64,000 bases of DNA, from NCBI RefSeq assembly GCF_001194135.2, contig NC_068988.1, positions 5,291,913-5,355,912 of the forward strand. Reading direction: 5' to 3'. This document shows, one piece after another, positions 52,512 to 64,000 of this stretch. Positions within the stretch are counted from its first letter, which is position 1. Each line of letters starts with the position of its first letter. The stretch is from Octopus bimaculoides. Taxonomy: Eukaryota. The notes below the pieces were generated by a model. That model ran no database searches. It had not been told where the DNA came from and saw only the letters and a program-made list of their open reading frames with translations. The translations under genes and the position numbers were made by a program.

Positions 52512-53598
52512 AACCATTTATGAGCAACCAACCATTTATGAGGGAGAGGGTAACGAGTTTGGCCCCAACTTCATAAGGTGCCTACTTGATGTGTATAAAT
52601 ATATTCATCTTACAAGAAACTACGAGTTACAACAATCGTCAATAAACTATTTCGTAAGCTATATTTAGGGTTGACAGGAGTTCTTCCTATGAAGATTTCT
52701 CCTGCTGTCCGCTCTCCCTGTAGCAAGGTTCCACTTACAAGACGTTAATTGAGGGATAGACTCTCAGAGATAATTGAAGAATTATTTCCTTTCTTAAGGA
52801 AAATGTCAAAGAAATAATTGTTTGATTTTTTTTTCCTTTTTATTTTAACATCAGAATTTTCTTACCTTGAAATAAAAACGTTATTTTCCTATGATATTTA
52901 ATTCTAAGCTGTGTGTATTAATTGGTAATGGAAGCTTAGTATACTCAGCGTATGATAATATAGTTTGGAACCACGCAGACGTCAGTTTAGCCATTCATTG
53001 AGATCACAACAAGCCTTGCTGCTTGATTATGAGGAGGTAAGATCTCTCACTTTGTACCTGGAATTTTGTAGGATAACATTATTACAACACACCATCATGG
53101 CATTACCAACTAAAAGAAGAGAACATAAAGTAACGTTGAAGTTAGTACCTGTAAACTATTGAAGAACATAATTATTCCATTACTGCAAGACATATGGTGT
53201 GAAAGAGAAGGGGATTTGAGACTGGTGGGTACAGATACAGGCTGCAGTAGGTCCTTGTGCTAAGTGGAAGCAGGTACAGATACAGGCTGTGGCATGAATT
53301 ATAATTCTCTTCAGTCCTATAAAGCAATCATGGGTATGCAACTGCTATGGAGTGTAGAAGCAGATAAGTTTGAGGAAGAAGGAGAAGTTTTTTTTCATTA
53401 TTATTTAAGGCAACAATTAGTTTTCAGCAAATCAGGAGGAATCACACACATTGTGATAATATACACTTTTAAATTATCATCAGCATCAGTGTAGACATAT
53501 ATACATAAACACACATGCATACACATAAGTGCATGCATGAACCCACATAACTATGGACTCATAAAGCATTTTATAGATTGTAACATTGCCATGTGCAA

Positions 53599-53629
<31 letters not shown>

Positions 53630-55166
53630 ATATATANNNNNNNNNNNNNNNNNNNNNNNNNNNNNNNNNNNNNNNNNNNNNNNNNNNNNNNNNNNNNNNN
53701 NNNNNNNNNNNNNNNNNNNNNNNNNNNNATATAAATCCCTGTCTGTTTTTTGTGCACTTATAACTCAAGTATTGTTCATCTGATCATGGTGAAATTTATT
53801 TTAAACATGGATACATGAGAGAGCGGGGCGATCCATAACCTAAAAAGATTTTCAAAATTGTCAGTTTCTAAATGAGAATCATTTTTTTTGTAATCTTTTT
53901 GTCCTGTTTCTTCCACTATTCTGTTCATTAAGCAACATTCTAAACAATTCATTTCTACATTTTCACATTTAAATGACAGATGTATGTAAATAAAGCTTGC
54001 TATTTGTAAATACAGTCTCATTTTGATTTGAATATTAGACCACGAACAACTATATTCATTTCTGCGTTTTCACACGTTTGTAAGTGGTTAAAAAAATTGA
54101 TATCACTTTAACTTTAATGAACTGTAATCAACCACGTGAATTCGCAGTCAAATGTGTTCTTACGGCTGTTTTCCGTGCAATAAACTAGCTGACATGAAAA
54201 ACTACTAGGAAAAGACAGTGAGCAAAAAAGTGAAAATAAAGCAAATAAATAACTGGTGATTTCTCAATTTTCCAAAGATATTCTCAACAGAATTCAATTG
54301 AAAGTAGAAAAGACTAATCAATTGCGTAGAACATGTGAAAAATTTAGGGGTTACATCTAAAACCTTGCCTAACATTTCTCATCCAACTTTAAAAAATAAG
54401 CAGTATTGTTCAATTTTTGAGATAAAATTGATTTGCAAAGAACATGCCTTATGTTATTTTATTGCACATTGTGTTATTTCACCCCTGAGTTTCAACTCTT
54501 TTTGTGTCAGTTTTTGAGAGAAGAGAGACTTTCCTAAGCATTTTGCACCTTTATTGAATAGCAGTTTCTGTTTGCTTGTCCATCGGGTGATTAAAACTGT
54601 CATTTATATTTTTATTAGAAACTAATATTACTTATCCCGTTGTTCTTACCACTATGCCAGTGAAAATCAAAATAAAATGCGTAAAGCAAGTCGTCAAATG
54701 CAAAAGTCCAAGAACTGCTTATTACTTAAATATCACTTGTAATATTCACTTTGAAGATAAAACAGCGTTCAGTCTGACATATAGGTGTTAACATGAGGTA
54801 TGTACTATGGAAGAGTACATTGTGCTTATCCTAATGTGAAAATGTTTGAGTGGGAAAGGTTTAAGGTTAATTATGATGTCCAATTCCACTGGAAGTTGTA
54901 TATATTGTGTGCCGAACAGCTTTCCTTTGTTTTATTGGCCTTATGACAATTTTGAAAAGGTTCACTGTGTTAAGATTCACTATCAATCAATTTTCCTTAT
55001 TTAGAAGAAAGAGTCAACAGTTTTAACGTCTCAGGGATCTTTAATGCCCTAACCAAAAGTAACAACCCCATACAATCATCAAACATCTCAACTGAACACC
55101 ATACAAGTTAACCCCCTTCACCACCTTTACAAACAGTGCAATGGACGGGGAAGGGGCATTTGCTAG

Positions 55167-55199
<33 letters not shown>

Positions 55200-55865
55200 N
55201 NNNNNNNNNNNNNNNNNNNNNNNNNNNNNNNNNNNNNNNNNNNNNNNNNNNNNNNNNNNNNNNNNNNNNNNNNNNNNNNNNNNNNNNNNNNNNNNNNNNN
55301 NNNNNNNNNNNNNNNNNNNNNNNNNNNNNNNNNNNNNNNNNNNNNNNNNNNNNNNNNNNNNNNNNNNNNNNNNNNNNNNNNNNNNNNNNNNNNNNNNNNN
55401 NNNNNNNNNNNNNNNNNNNNNNNNNNNNNNNNNNNNNNNNNNNNNNNNNNNNNNNNNNNNNNNNNNNNNNNNNNNNNNNNNNNNNNNNNNNNNNNNNNNN
55501 NNNNNNNNNNNNNNNNNNNNNNNNNNNNNNNNNNNNNNNNNNNNNNNNNNNNNNNNNNNNNNNNNNNNNNNNNNNNNNNNNNNNNNNNNNNNNNNNNNNN
55601 NNNNNNNNNNNNNNNNNNNNNNNNNNNNNNNNNNNNNNNNNNNNNNNNNNNNNNNNNNNNNNNNNNNNNNNNNNNNNNNNNNNNNNNNNNNNNNNNNNNN
55701 NNNNNNNNNNNNNNNNNNNNNNNNNNNNNNNNNNNNNNNNNNNNNNNNNNNNNNNNNNNNNNNNNNNNNNNNNNNNNNNNNNNNNNNNNNNNNNNNNNNN
55801 NNNNNNNNNNNNNNNNNNNNNNNNNNNNNNNNNNNNNNNNNNNNNNNNNNNNNNNNNNNNNNNNN

Positions 55866-55907
<42 letters not shown>

Positions 55908-56700
55908 TTAGAGGTTAGACAATCATCTAAGGGGTAATAAATATTCAGTATACTACTGGGTGTATATATATCCAAATGCTTACTGTTGTAAGGTAATAGT
56001 GCAATTGAATAATAGGTATGAGTGAGGGTAAAACAGAAATTTACCCAGAATTTATAAAGCAAGGAAGAAAATGGAGAAGACAATAAGTTGGCAACTAATT
56101 TTCTCAACTAATTATCTTCTCCATGTTCTTCCTTGCCTTATATACACACACACACACACAAACACACACATATAAGCACATATACACAAACATATACTTA
56201 CATGCATGAACATATGCCCATAGTTTTCCTATGCACATGCTCATATGTGAGCAGATATAAGGAAACATACACAAGCAGCAATATGTGCATATGTTTTTGA
56301 ACCTCCTTCATAAAGGTGGCATGAGGGGTGGGTGCTATATTTATCTATAGAAAGATTGACATGCCATTCAGGAAAGGAGAGTCTGTCTGAAAAGGAGACG
56401 ACAGCTGTGGGGACAGGTGTTTCTGTTCAAAAGGATTCATCATTGCCCTACCTTCTTCAGCAGAACAAGATACATTAGACATATACAAAAAAAAAAAAAG
56501 AAAAGAGTAGAACATATTTATAGCCAAGGTAATTTACATATCTTCAGACATAGGGTCTCACAGAGGGGACGACAGGGGACTGAGACTCCTGGTAGTTTGC
56601 TGTGCTTAAGACACATCAAGGTAAGTAAAAACATGGTTGTCCTAGCATACAGACATGTCACCTGCATCCCTTTCCTGATGAGCATTTCTGATCTTGCAGG

Positions 56701-56931
56701 CTAGTGGGTGCTGTTGTCGCATAAAAAGCACCCATACTGGTGCTATGTGCTGCATAAAAGCACCTGGTACACTCTGTAAAGTGGTCGGCATTAGGAAGGG
56801 CATTCAGCTGTAGAAACCATGTCAAAATAGACAAGGAACTTGGGAAGCTCTTCAGCTGGCTGGCTCCTGTCAAACCATCCAACCCATGCCAGCATGGAAA
56901 ACAAATGTTAAATGATGACGATGAGGATGAT
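56701..56931 (+). mobile_element. Short retroposon family D (RTE-type tail)
   Basis: GGCATTAGGAAGGGCATTCAGCTGTAGAAAC...CCAACCCATGCCAGCATGGAAAA...(ATG)n tail. Related copies at 60953 and 61758. Confidence 0.75.
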
Positions 56932-57005
56932 AACTGAATGTCATCAGTGGTATGTAAGTAAAGTGAAAATAATTTGGACAAATCATGAATTTACCATTTT
57001 AATTT

Positions 57006-57450
57006 AGACACAAGCCAAGTAGTTTTGAAAGGAGAGGGTCAGTCACCCATAGACCCCAGTACTTCTCTGGTACTTGGTTCTATCAACACCACAGGCAAGA
57101 AAGGTAAAGTTAACCTCAGGGAGATTTGAACTCAAAACATGAAGAGCCAGAAGAAATTCCACAAGGTTATTTTTTTGTCCAACATTCTAACAATTCCTAC
57201 CCAACCACCACCACCACCACCCCTAATAATAATAGTTTCTAATTTAAGCATGAGGCTAGCAAATTTGAGGGGATGGGGGGTAGTCAATATCATGAATTTC
57301 AGAACTTGACTGGTACTTTATTTTGTTGACTCCAAAGAAATGAAAGGTAAATTTAGCTGCAGTAGGCTTTGAACTCAGAAAACAAACAGCTGGAAGAGAT
57401 TTCGGAGGTATTTTGTCCGATGCTGTAAGGTTCTGTGTATCCATCACCCT
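57006..57450 (-). mobile_element. Two tandem, CpG-decayed family C SINEs
   Basis: Two successive matches to the family C centre (TGGTACTT...GAAAGGTAAA...TTTGAACTCA), separated by (TAA)3. Confidence 0.65.
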
Positions 57451-57949
57451 AATAACAATTATAATAAATTAATAAATAATGAAAAGTTTCGGGGAATATT
57501 GAGGACAAAAACTGTAAAAAAATTTTTTTTTTTTAATGATTCTTCGAAAAAAAATTTTTTTTCCGGATTGTAATGTATCTAAGAAAAAAAAACTTTCGAA
57601 AAAAAAAAATCAAAACTGAAAATTACAAAACACGACTAATATCGCTGTGCATTAGGATCGAACCAGAGATCCGATGGCGAAGAGAACAATTCTATACGTG
57701 CTTAAAATATTGAGTGAATGTGGAATCGGATAAAGATTTTATACCGACAAATACGAGGAACAAGTGATGCTTTGATCGAGAGTTATTAAATATTTTGATA
57801 TGTTTTTCAATTATGATTTAAAAACTTGTATTATTAAATTTAAAAACTTGTATCATTAATTTTTTTTTCATCGTAAAAATATTTTTGAAACTTCACTTTT
57901 TTTAACGTAAACTTGACCAGAAGCTATAAAACTCTGGTGTTTATTCGAC

Positions 57950-58330
57950 ACGGACCAGCGTTATTTATTAAACATCAATAATTTCCAGTGTAGTTTTTTG
58001 TCTCCAGAAACTATTAAAAGGCGGCCGCCATTAAATTTCAACAAGTTCCGCATAAAATGACTTCCGTTATCGTTGACGGCGAATGACGAGACTTTAAAAC
58101 AACGAAATGACACTTTCTTTCGACAAACTATTTCTCTTGTTAACATCGCTTAACAACAGTCGGAGTCAAAATGTCAGCGACAAGGAAAAGAGTGGTAGTA
58201 GTTGAGTGAATCTTTATTATTGTCACTGCTGCTACTATCGCTCCGTCTGCGCCATTGATAGACAGAGAAGAAAGTGTCTAAGGACATTTTGGTGATTCGC
58301 TTTCCCATTTGTAGCCGTGTAACAGAGCAC
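57950..58330 (+). promoter_or_regulatory. Probable INTS6 promoter / 5' UTR region (CpG-retaining)
   Basis: CpG-rich relative to flanks. YY1-like GCCGCCATT (~58023-58032), ETS-like ACTTCCG (~58060-58066) and a further GCGCCATT at ~58249. Lies 200-600 bp upstream of the INTS6 ATG. The TSS cannot be located from sequence. Confidence 0.55.
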
Positions 58331-58538
58331 ATCAATCATCTATCATGTAGATCATACAACTTTAACCGTATTACATGTATGCCTGTTACAATAACACGCA
58401 TATATGTAATATTATTTTACTTATGTAACGAATTATTGCTAATTTATGCAGAGTACATAACACAAGTTTATAACATTAGAGTTTCGATCAGACAAGTATT
58501 TTTTTTTCCTGGCAGTGTAAGACTTCTTCAGTTCAATA

Positions 58539-58649
58539 ATGACGATAATATTGTTCCTTATTGATACGAGTTCATCGATGAACCAACGCACCTACATTGG
58601 AACCAGTCTAATCGATGTAGCTAAGGCGGCTGTTGAAACATTTATGAAG
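58539..58649 (+). CDS. INTS6: Integrator complex subunit 6, coding exon 1 (vWA domain start, MIDAS DxSxS)
   Basis: Translates to MTIILFLIDTSSSMNQRTYIGTSLIDVAKAAVETFMK, closely matching the INTS6/DDX26 N-terminus (human MPILLFLIDTSASMNQR...AVETFMK). 111 nt, followed by donor AAG|GTAAAT. Confidence 0.95.
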
Positions 58650-58978
58650 GTAAATATATTAACTATACACATAATACTTTAATTTGAATTCTTTTCAAAC
58701 TCAAGATCTCATCAAGATATTTTTATTCGTTGCACTTAAAACATTTTTATCGATAAAAAAAGAAAAATCAATTTTGTTTGTCTTTTTCTAAAGCGTCCAG
58801 AGACTAACATTGCATCGTAGAGTTCGTCCTTCTATCTTTTCTCTCTTTCCACCACGTTTACTACTTTAAATTAATGTAACACGTCTTTCTTGCCATATAT
58901 ATATTTTTTGTATCATTATTAACGTGTAAAACCCTGTAATTTAGTTTTGTGGATATATATTCTTTTTTATTACTTTAG

Positions 58979-59056
58979 ATTCGTTCTCGAGATCCAGTGT
59001 GTAGATGGGACAGATATATGCTGTTAACTTTCGAGGAGCCACCAGCAAATGTTAAG
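58979..59056 (+). CDS. INTS6: INTS6 coding exon 2
   Basis: Acceptor tactttag|, peptide IRSRDPVCRWDRYMLLTFEEPPANVK (human LRARDPASRGDRYMLVTFEEPPYAIK), donor AAG|GTAAAC. 78 nt, phase 0-0. Confidence 0.95.
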
Positions 59057-60952
59057 GTAAACAACACAGCTATCAAAAGAAATTCTAACGAAGCTGATGT
59101 TTAATTATCCATCCATATATGACGTGTCCATCTGTTTGCATCGTTTCCCTTAATTCTTCTGGTTTTGTTATTTAAAGGATTTCCTAATGTCTCCATTATT
59201 CTTACTTCTCTCTTTGCCGCCATATTAGTGTTTAAGGGAATTCTGGGTAAACCCTGCCCCCCCCCCCCGGTCATTCACTGCGTTTCTCCCTCGATTGAAG
59301 ATTAAAGTTGATTGATTAAATAATGTTAGTTTATCAACAATCAATATTAATATTATTGTTTGATTAAACAACAATATTAATTTTTGTTGTTGGTTGTATT
59401 AAATTTGTGTTCGGGTTTATTAAAAATACTTTATTTCATAAAACCATGTTTACATATATTTTTAGACAATGCCTTTATTATATGACAACTACACTTTGGT
59501 GTGTGTCCCACCCATGACTTTGTTTCCGCATAACTTTCCGAAAAATTTGATTAATTCTTCACGAAATTTTACAGGAATACATTTTTTCGCGAATGTAGAT
59601 CATAGTTATGTCGACAACCTTAAACAATTTTTTTTGAAGAACTTTCTGATCACTGTTCTAAAACCTCCGACTTGATTTCTTTCACAACTCTCTTTAAAAT
59701 GTTTAGTTTTAAAAGACAAATACGTTACATAATGTTGAAACATAAATCCAGGAAGAAAAAGATGGAAAACTGGTGACAGTTGTGGCATGGAAAGAGAGGG
59801 TGCAGAACGGGCTGAAACTCTTCTAAAAAAATTTATTTTACTGACATAATAGTAATCTACACTCTCGAAAATGAATCTTGACAGTATTTCATTCGGATAT
59901 GTGAATTTTTCAAAAAGTAGTAAGGAATTAAGATCAGTGGGACACTAAACTGAAGTTATGTCAGAAGTTGGTTGTCTGCTTTCAAAACACCTGATGAAGT
60001 TTGATTTCAGTTTGTTAGTTGAATAGCAGATGTGTATGCATTCGAACACAGCAAGTAGATTAGATACATTTATATCGATATATATATACAGATAGATAGG
60101 GTGATAAATTGAATATTAATTCAATTTAAAACCAAGTGGCCTAGCATATAAAAAAATCTGAAGATTCAGAAAAAATTGTATTGGATGTCCACCTAGTGGT
60201 CATCCCTTATACACGTGTGTGTGTGTATATATAGTAACATTTGACCACTCATTTCTCTTTACATTAAGAGACTATATGAAGGTGAGAGAGAAAAATATTG
60301 CATAGACAATGTATATTTTGGAGTATATTTCTTCAAAACATTCAGCTCTTGCAGAATACCTAGACAAAATAATGAAATATGCATTCAGTAATAATGTATT
60401 ATGATCTTTTGAGGAATAGCTCTTCCAAAATTCTGCCAATGAATAAAAGGCAAGATCCACCCATATTAAACAATAGACACTTCTTTATACAGTTGTACTC
60501 ATCCATATGCATCACATCTTCTTTACACTGCATCAGATTCCTCCTTTGCCTACCTTGTTTATACTTTATCATTCATGCACACTTACATTGCACATCCAAC
60601 AATGCATGCTAGCTTCATTTCTTTCTAGTCTTCTCAAATCCACTGCATTCAAGGCACATGTCCCCACTATCATGCAGCATTGCAGTAGTAACTCAAGCAT
60701 TGTACAATTTGTCCTTCATTCTGAGGGAGATTTTTGTTGTCAGCAGAGATAGAAACTTTCTAAACTTAACCTGGTGTTTAAAACATAAATTAACATGAAT
60801 TTTCATGGAAGTTTTTAATCACTTTAAATCTGGAAGCTTGTATCATGGCACCAAGGGCATTCTCAGATGGTTTGGTATCAAAACAGTGAAAAGAACTGTC
60901 GCACTACCCTCTTCCTGAAACTATTAAATAAAAACTACATAAGAAATGTTAT

Positions 60953-61260
60953 TCATCATCATCACTGAACATCCGTGTTCCATGGGTTAGGGTTGGTACC
61001 ACAAGAGCCAACCAGGCCAAAGCCTGCTGCAGACTTCTGTGACTGTTATGGCAGGATTTTTACAGCTGGATGTCCTTCCTAACACCAACCACTCAGCAAA
61101 GTGGACTTAGTGCTTTTTATGTGGCACAAGCCCAGGCGAGGTCGGTTTTGGCAAGGTTTTTACAGCTGGATGCCCTTCCAAATGCCAACCACTTTACAGT
61201 GTGGACTGGATGCTTTTAAGTGGCACCTGCACTGACAGGATCACCAAGTACATGCAAGAC
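60953..61260 (-). mobile_element. Short retroposon family D in INTS6 intron 2, antisense
   Basis: (CAT)n tail first, then two internal copies of TTTACAGCTGGATGyCCTTCC.AA..CCAACCAC. Confidence 0.75.
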
Positions 61261-61757
61261 AAAATATTTTAAGAGGGGAGGAAGTGATGATGAAAAGGTT
61301 ATAGTGAGACAGATATAAGTGTCTTGCTGAAGAGGAAGTAAAAGGTTACTCTGCCGGAGAGAGAAAGATTAGGAATAAAGACAGAAACAGATGTGCTACT
61401 GCAAAGAAAATACGTGGTTGTATGCAAGAGAAGAAGAGAGAGAGAGTGGGAGACTGAAGGATGGAGATGGGGGCAAAATGCCAGGCATGCTCACAAAGAA
61501 TGGGGATCAGAGTAAAAATGAGATGGTTGAATAAAAGAAGAGAGAGAGATATAGATAGTGGCAAGTGCCAGGGCATATCCTTGAGGTTTAAATGCCATAA
61601 TATAAGTGAAGGGAGTGCGATTAATTATCCTTATTGCTTGCTCATCCAGAGATTTGTAAATAGTTATGTTTCCTGTGCCATTTTGTCTTGCGGAAGACAG
61701 TCATGTTTTGCAATTTATTTGATATTATATCATATTTATTTTTCAATTACTTATTTA

Positions 61758-62027
61758 CTTGTGCCGGTGGCACATGAAAAATCATTCAAGCGAGGTCGTT
61801 GCCAGTGCCACTGGACTGGCTCCTGTGCAGGTGCCACATAAAAAACACCACTTGAGCGTGGCCGTTGCCAGTACCGCCTGACTAGCATTAGGAAGGGCAT
61901 CCAGCTGAAGAAACTCTGCCTGATCAAATTGGAGCCTGGTGCAGCCATCTGGTTCACCAATCCTCAGTCAAATCGTCCAACCCATGCTAGCATGGAAAGC
62001 AGACGTTCAATGATGATGATGATGATG
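61758..62027 (+). mobile_element. Short retroposon family D in INTS6 intron 2, sense
   Basis: GCATTAGGAAGGGCATCCAGCTG...CCAACCCATGCTAGCATGGAAAGCAGACGTTCAA(TGA)n. Confidence 0.8.
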
Positions 62028-62334
62028 GTTAAACAGTTAAATATTCAGCCAGTTTGCTGTACATACCTGATTACTGATATAAATAACTTATTTTTTGTAA
62101 TTTCTCTTTTTAAGTACTGAATCTTCATCAGGTATAGAATATTATTGTTTTTTGCCTATCAAACAAAAAAGCATTGCTGTGCTATTTATTTTAATAGTTT
62201 TACATTGGTTTCACCAATTCTATAATCATGCCTATTGGTCTCTTTCATTTTCAAATTTATTGAATCTAGTTATCCCAACAACTATGAAATAGTACCATCT
62301 GAAATTTCATAAATGAAATATTTTAATTTTTCAG

Positions 62335-62484
62335 GCTGGTTGGAAAGAGTCTCATGCAACTTTCATGAATGAATTAAAAAATTTAAAAGCTGATGGGCTA
62401 ACAGTATTAGGAGCATCTCTCAAGCATGCATTTGATCTTCTCAATATGAATCGAATGCAATCTGGCATTGACACTTATGGTCAG
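62335..62484 (+). CDS. INTS6: INTS6 coding exon 3
   Basis: Acceptor ttttcag|, peptide AGWKESHATFMNELKNLKADGLTVLGASLKHAFDLLNMNRMQSGIDTYGQ, donor CAG|GTAAAA. 150 nt, phase 0-0. Confidence 0.95.
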
Positions 62485-63029
62485 GTAAAAAGATTTCTTC
62501 ATTTTTCTTTTTTTTTTCTTTACTGCAATAATGATAAAATAACATTTACAGAAATTATTGGAAATGTTGTTTGCAGGAAATTATTTTGCAATAAACAATG
62601 AAAGATCAAAGAAAACTTACTTTAACATATTTAATAATGTGTTTCTGTTGTTATTAACAGGGTGGACTGACAGAATCATTAGTGTGTTAGGATAAAGCCT
62701 TTGCTGTATTAGTCCTGGCTCTACTTTTGAGTTCATCCAACATCAACTTTGCTTTCATCTTTTCAATGTTCCTAAACCAGAAACCATTGATATCGTTAAT
62801 ATTGTTCCTGGCTGAAGCTTATGTGTTACTTGTGTATTAAGTGCGACAACACCTGGTATAAAACATTGGCTTTGAATGTCAAGGTTGTGTGATGGCTAAC
62901 ATTCTCCACTAGATGTGTTAGCATGCATGTATGGCACATCACGGGTGAGCTGAGAGTTAAGAATTTAATGTGATCTGTTCAAAAACTGCTGGTGCAGATA
63001 CATGATGTGTAGAAATACCAAACAATCCA

Positions 63030-63201
63030 AAGAGGAACACGAGAGAAGAGGTGAAGGCTGATGTTAGCAGAGTACCAAACCTCATGAAGGAAATGACAGA
63101 AAATTGCAAGAAGTAAGACAAAGTAGTGAGGGCTGATCTGAAGGCGTTGAACCTTACAGGGGAGATGACAAAAGGACTGAGATAATTGGCAATATGCTGT
63201 G
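63030..63201 (+). mobile_element. RTE LINE 3' end relic
   Basis: VVRADLKALNLTGEMTK...NWQYAV resembles the RTE C-terminus KTWxEVVxxDLxxLxL. Confidence 0.45.
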
Positions 63202-63209
63202 CTCTAGAG

Positions 63210-63395
63210 CAGTGCTCCGCAACCTTTTTTCACTTGGTGTTCACTTATATTCTGTTCAAAATTCAGTGACACACTTGAACTAAAAATATAATTAAAAGTA
63301 CGGGGGAAAAAATTATATTCAAGTTGCACTGCGGCACACCTAGCATCGTTTCGTGGCACACCAATGTGCCACGGCATACTGGTTGTGGAGCACTG
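63210..63395. mobile_element. hAT-Charlie-type MITE, 186 bp
   Basis: TIRs CAGTGCTCCGCAACC and GGTTGTGGAGCACTG. 8-bp TSD CTCTAGAG (63202-63209) / CTCTAAAG (63396-63403), matching the Charlie NTCTAGAN target preference. Confidence 0.85.
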
Positions 63396-63710
63396 CTCTA
63401 AAGGACCAGTTTATCACAGGAAAAGTGAGGTTCTAAAAGTAAAATGCTTTTTCCTGTCCATGGTGGGCCATACACCCAATTTGCCCACATCACACATCTC
63501 CTCTTCCTAGCACTTATCTCTCCCTTTTTGCCTATTTTCCAGTTGAGATTTAATCCTTAGTCTTTATATTTATTAGAGCATTAAAGCCTTCTCTGCTCTC
63601 ATTGTATTTTATAGCTTAGAATATTGACAGTGTTTATCATCTTGAAATAAAATTACAGATCTTAACATTTTGATTCATTAAAAATAAGTATTTTCTTTTT
63701 ATCTTTTAAG

Positions 63711-63800
63711 GGCCGGTGTCCATTTTATCTAGAACCTGCTGTTATTGTATTAATCACTGATCGAGGTCGACTAACTTCTCCAAATAGTGTTCAACTTGAG
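63711..63800 (+). CDS. INTS6: INTS6 coding exon 4 (gene continues beyond window)
   Basis: Acceptor atcttttaag|, peptide GRCPFYLEPAVIVLITDRGRLTSPNSVQLE (human GRNPFFLEPAIIITITDGSKLTTTSGVQDE), donor GAG|GTAAAG. 90 nt. Confidence 0.93.
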
Positions 63801-64000
63801 GTAAAGCATTATTTATTACTTAACTTTTTATTAGCATTTAATTTAAACTAGGTGCCATATGTGTTTTAATTTAATTCTAAATTAATTAAAAATGGTTTTG
63901 TGAGAAAAAGAACTATAACTTATTTTTGTTTCTTGATGTACTAAAGTGCCATTTTGAACACAATAACAAATTTTATATAAATCTGATAGAAGTTTACTCT

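Noticed and set aside
53776-54021. 81-aa minus-strand ORF as an exon of a divergent gene
   Set aside because: No recognisable homology and ambiguous splice sites. Kept only as part of the region-level hidden-gene hypothesis.
57620-57700. Minus-strand B-box GGTTCGATCC (57655-57664) as a tRNA or Pol III gene
   Set aside because: No T-stem pairing, no convincing A-box and no cloverleaf.

Overview
AT-rich animal genomic DNA with many N gaps and microsatellites. The SINE families and repeat landscape suggest an octopus or other coleoid cephalopod scaffold; this is inference. The only confidently recognisable host gene is the 5' end of INTS6 (Integrator subunit 6, vWA domain). It has four coding exons on + at 58539-58649, 58979-59056, 62335-62484 and 63711-63800, all with GT-AG boundaries, and continues past the window end. 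The remaining ~58 kb is mostly decayed mobile elements: four main tRNA- or RTE-related SINE families, R4/Dong-like RLE retrotransposon fragments, an RTE LINE, Penelope-like (PLE) fragments, a Gypsy pol fragment, several Tc1/mariner relics and a hAT-Charlie MITE. The most interesting structure is a ~370-bp palindrome at 29493-29863 whose two arms each carry a type I hammerhead-ribozyme-like motif, as expected for PLE pseudo-LTRs. Two more broken hammerhead-like motifs lie at ~1.05 kb and ~12.25 kb. CpG decay patterns hint at an unrecognised gene body just upstream of INTS6. I found no CRISPR, rRNA or true tRNA genes. Most ORF-track entries are microsatellite or N-gap artefacts. All family assignments come from motif recognition by eye, not from database searches.
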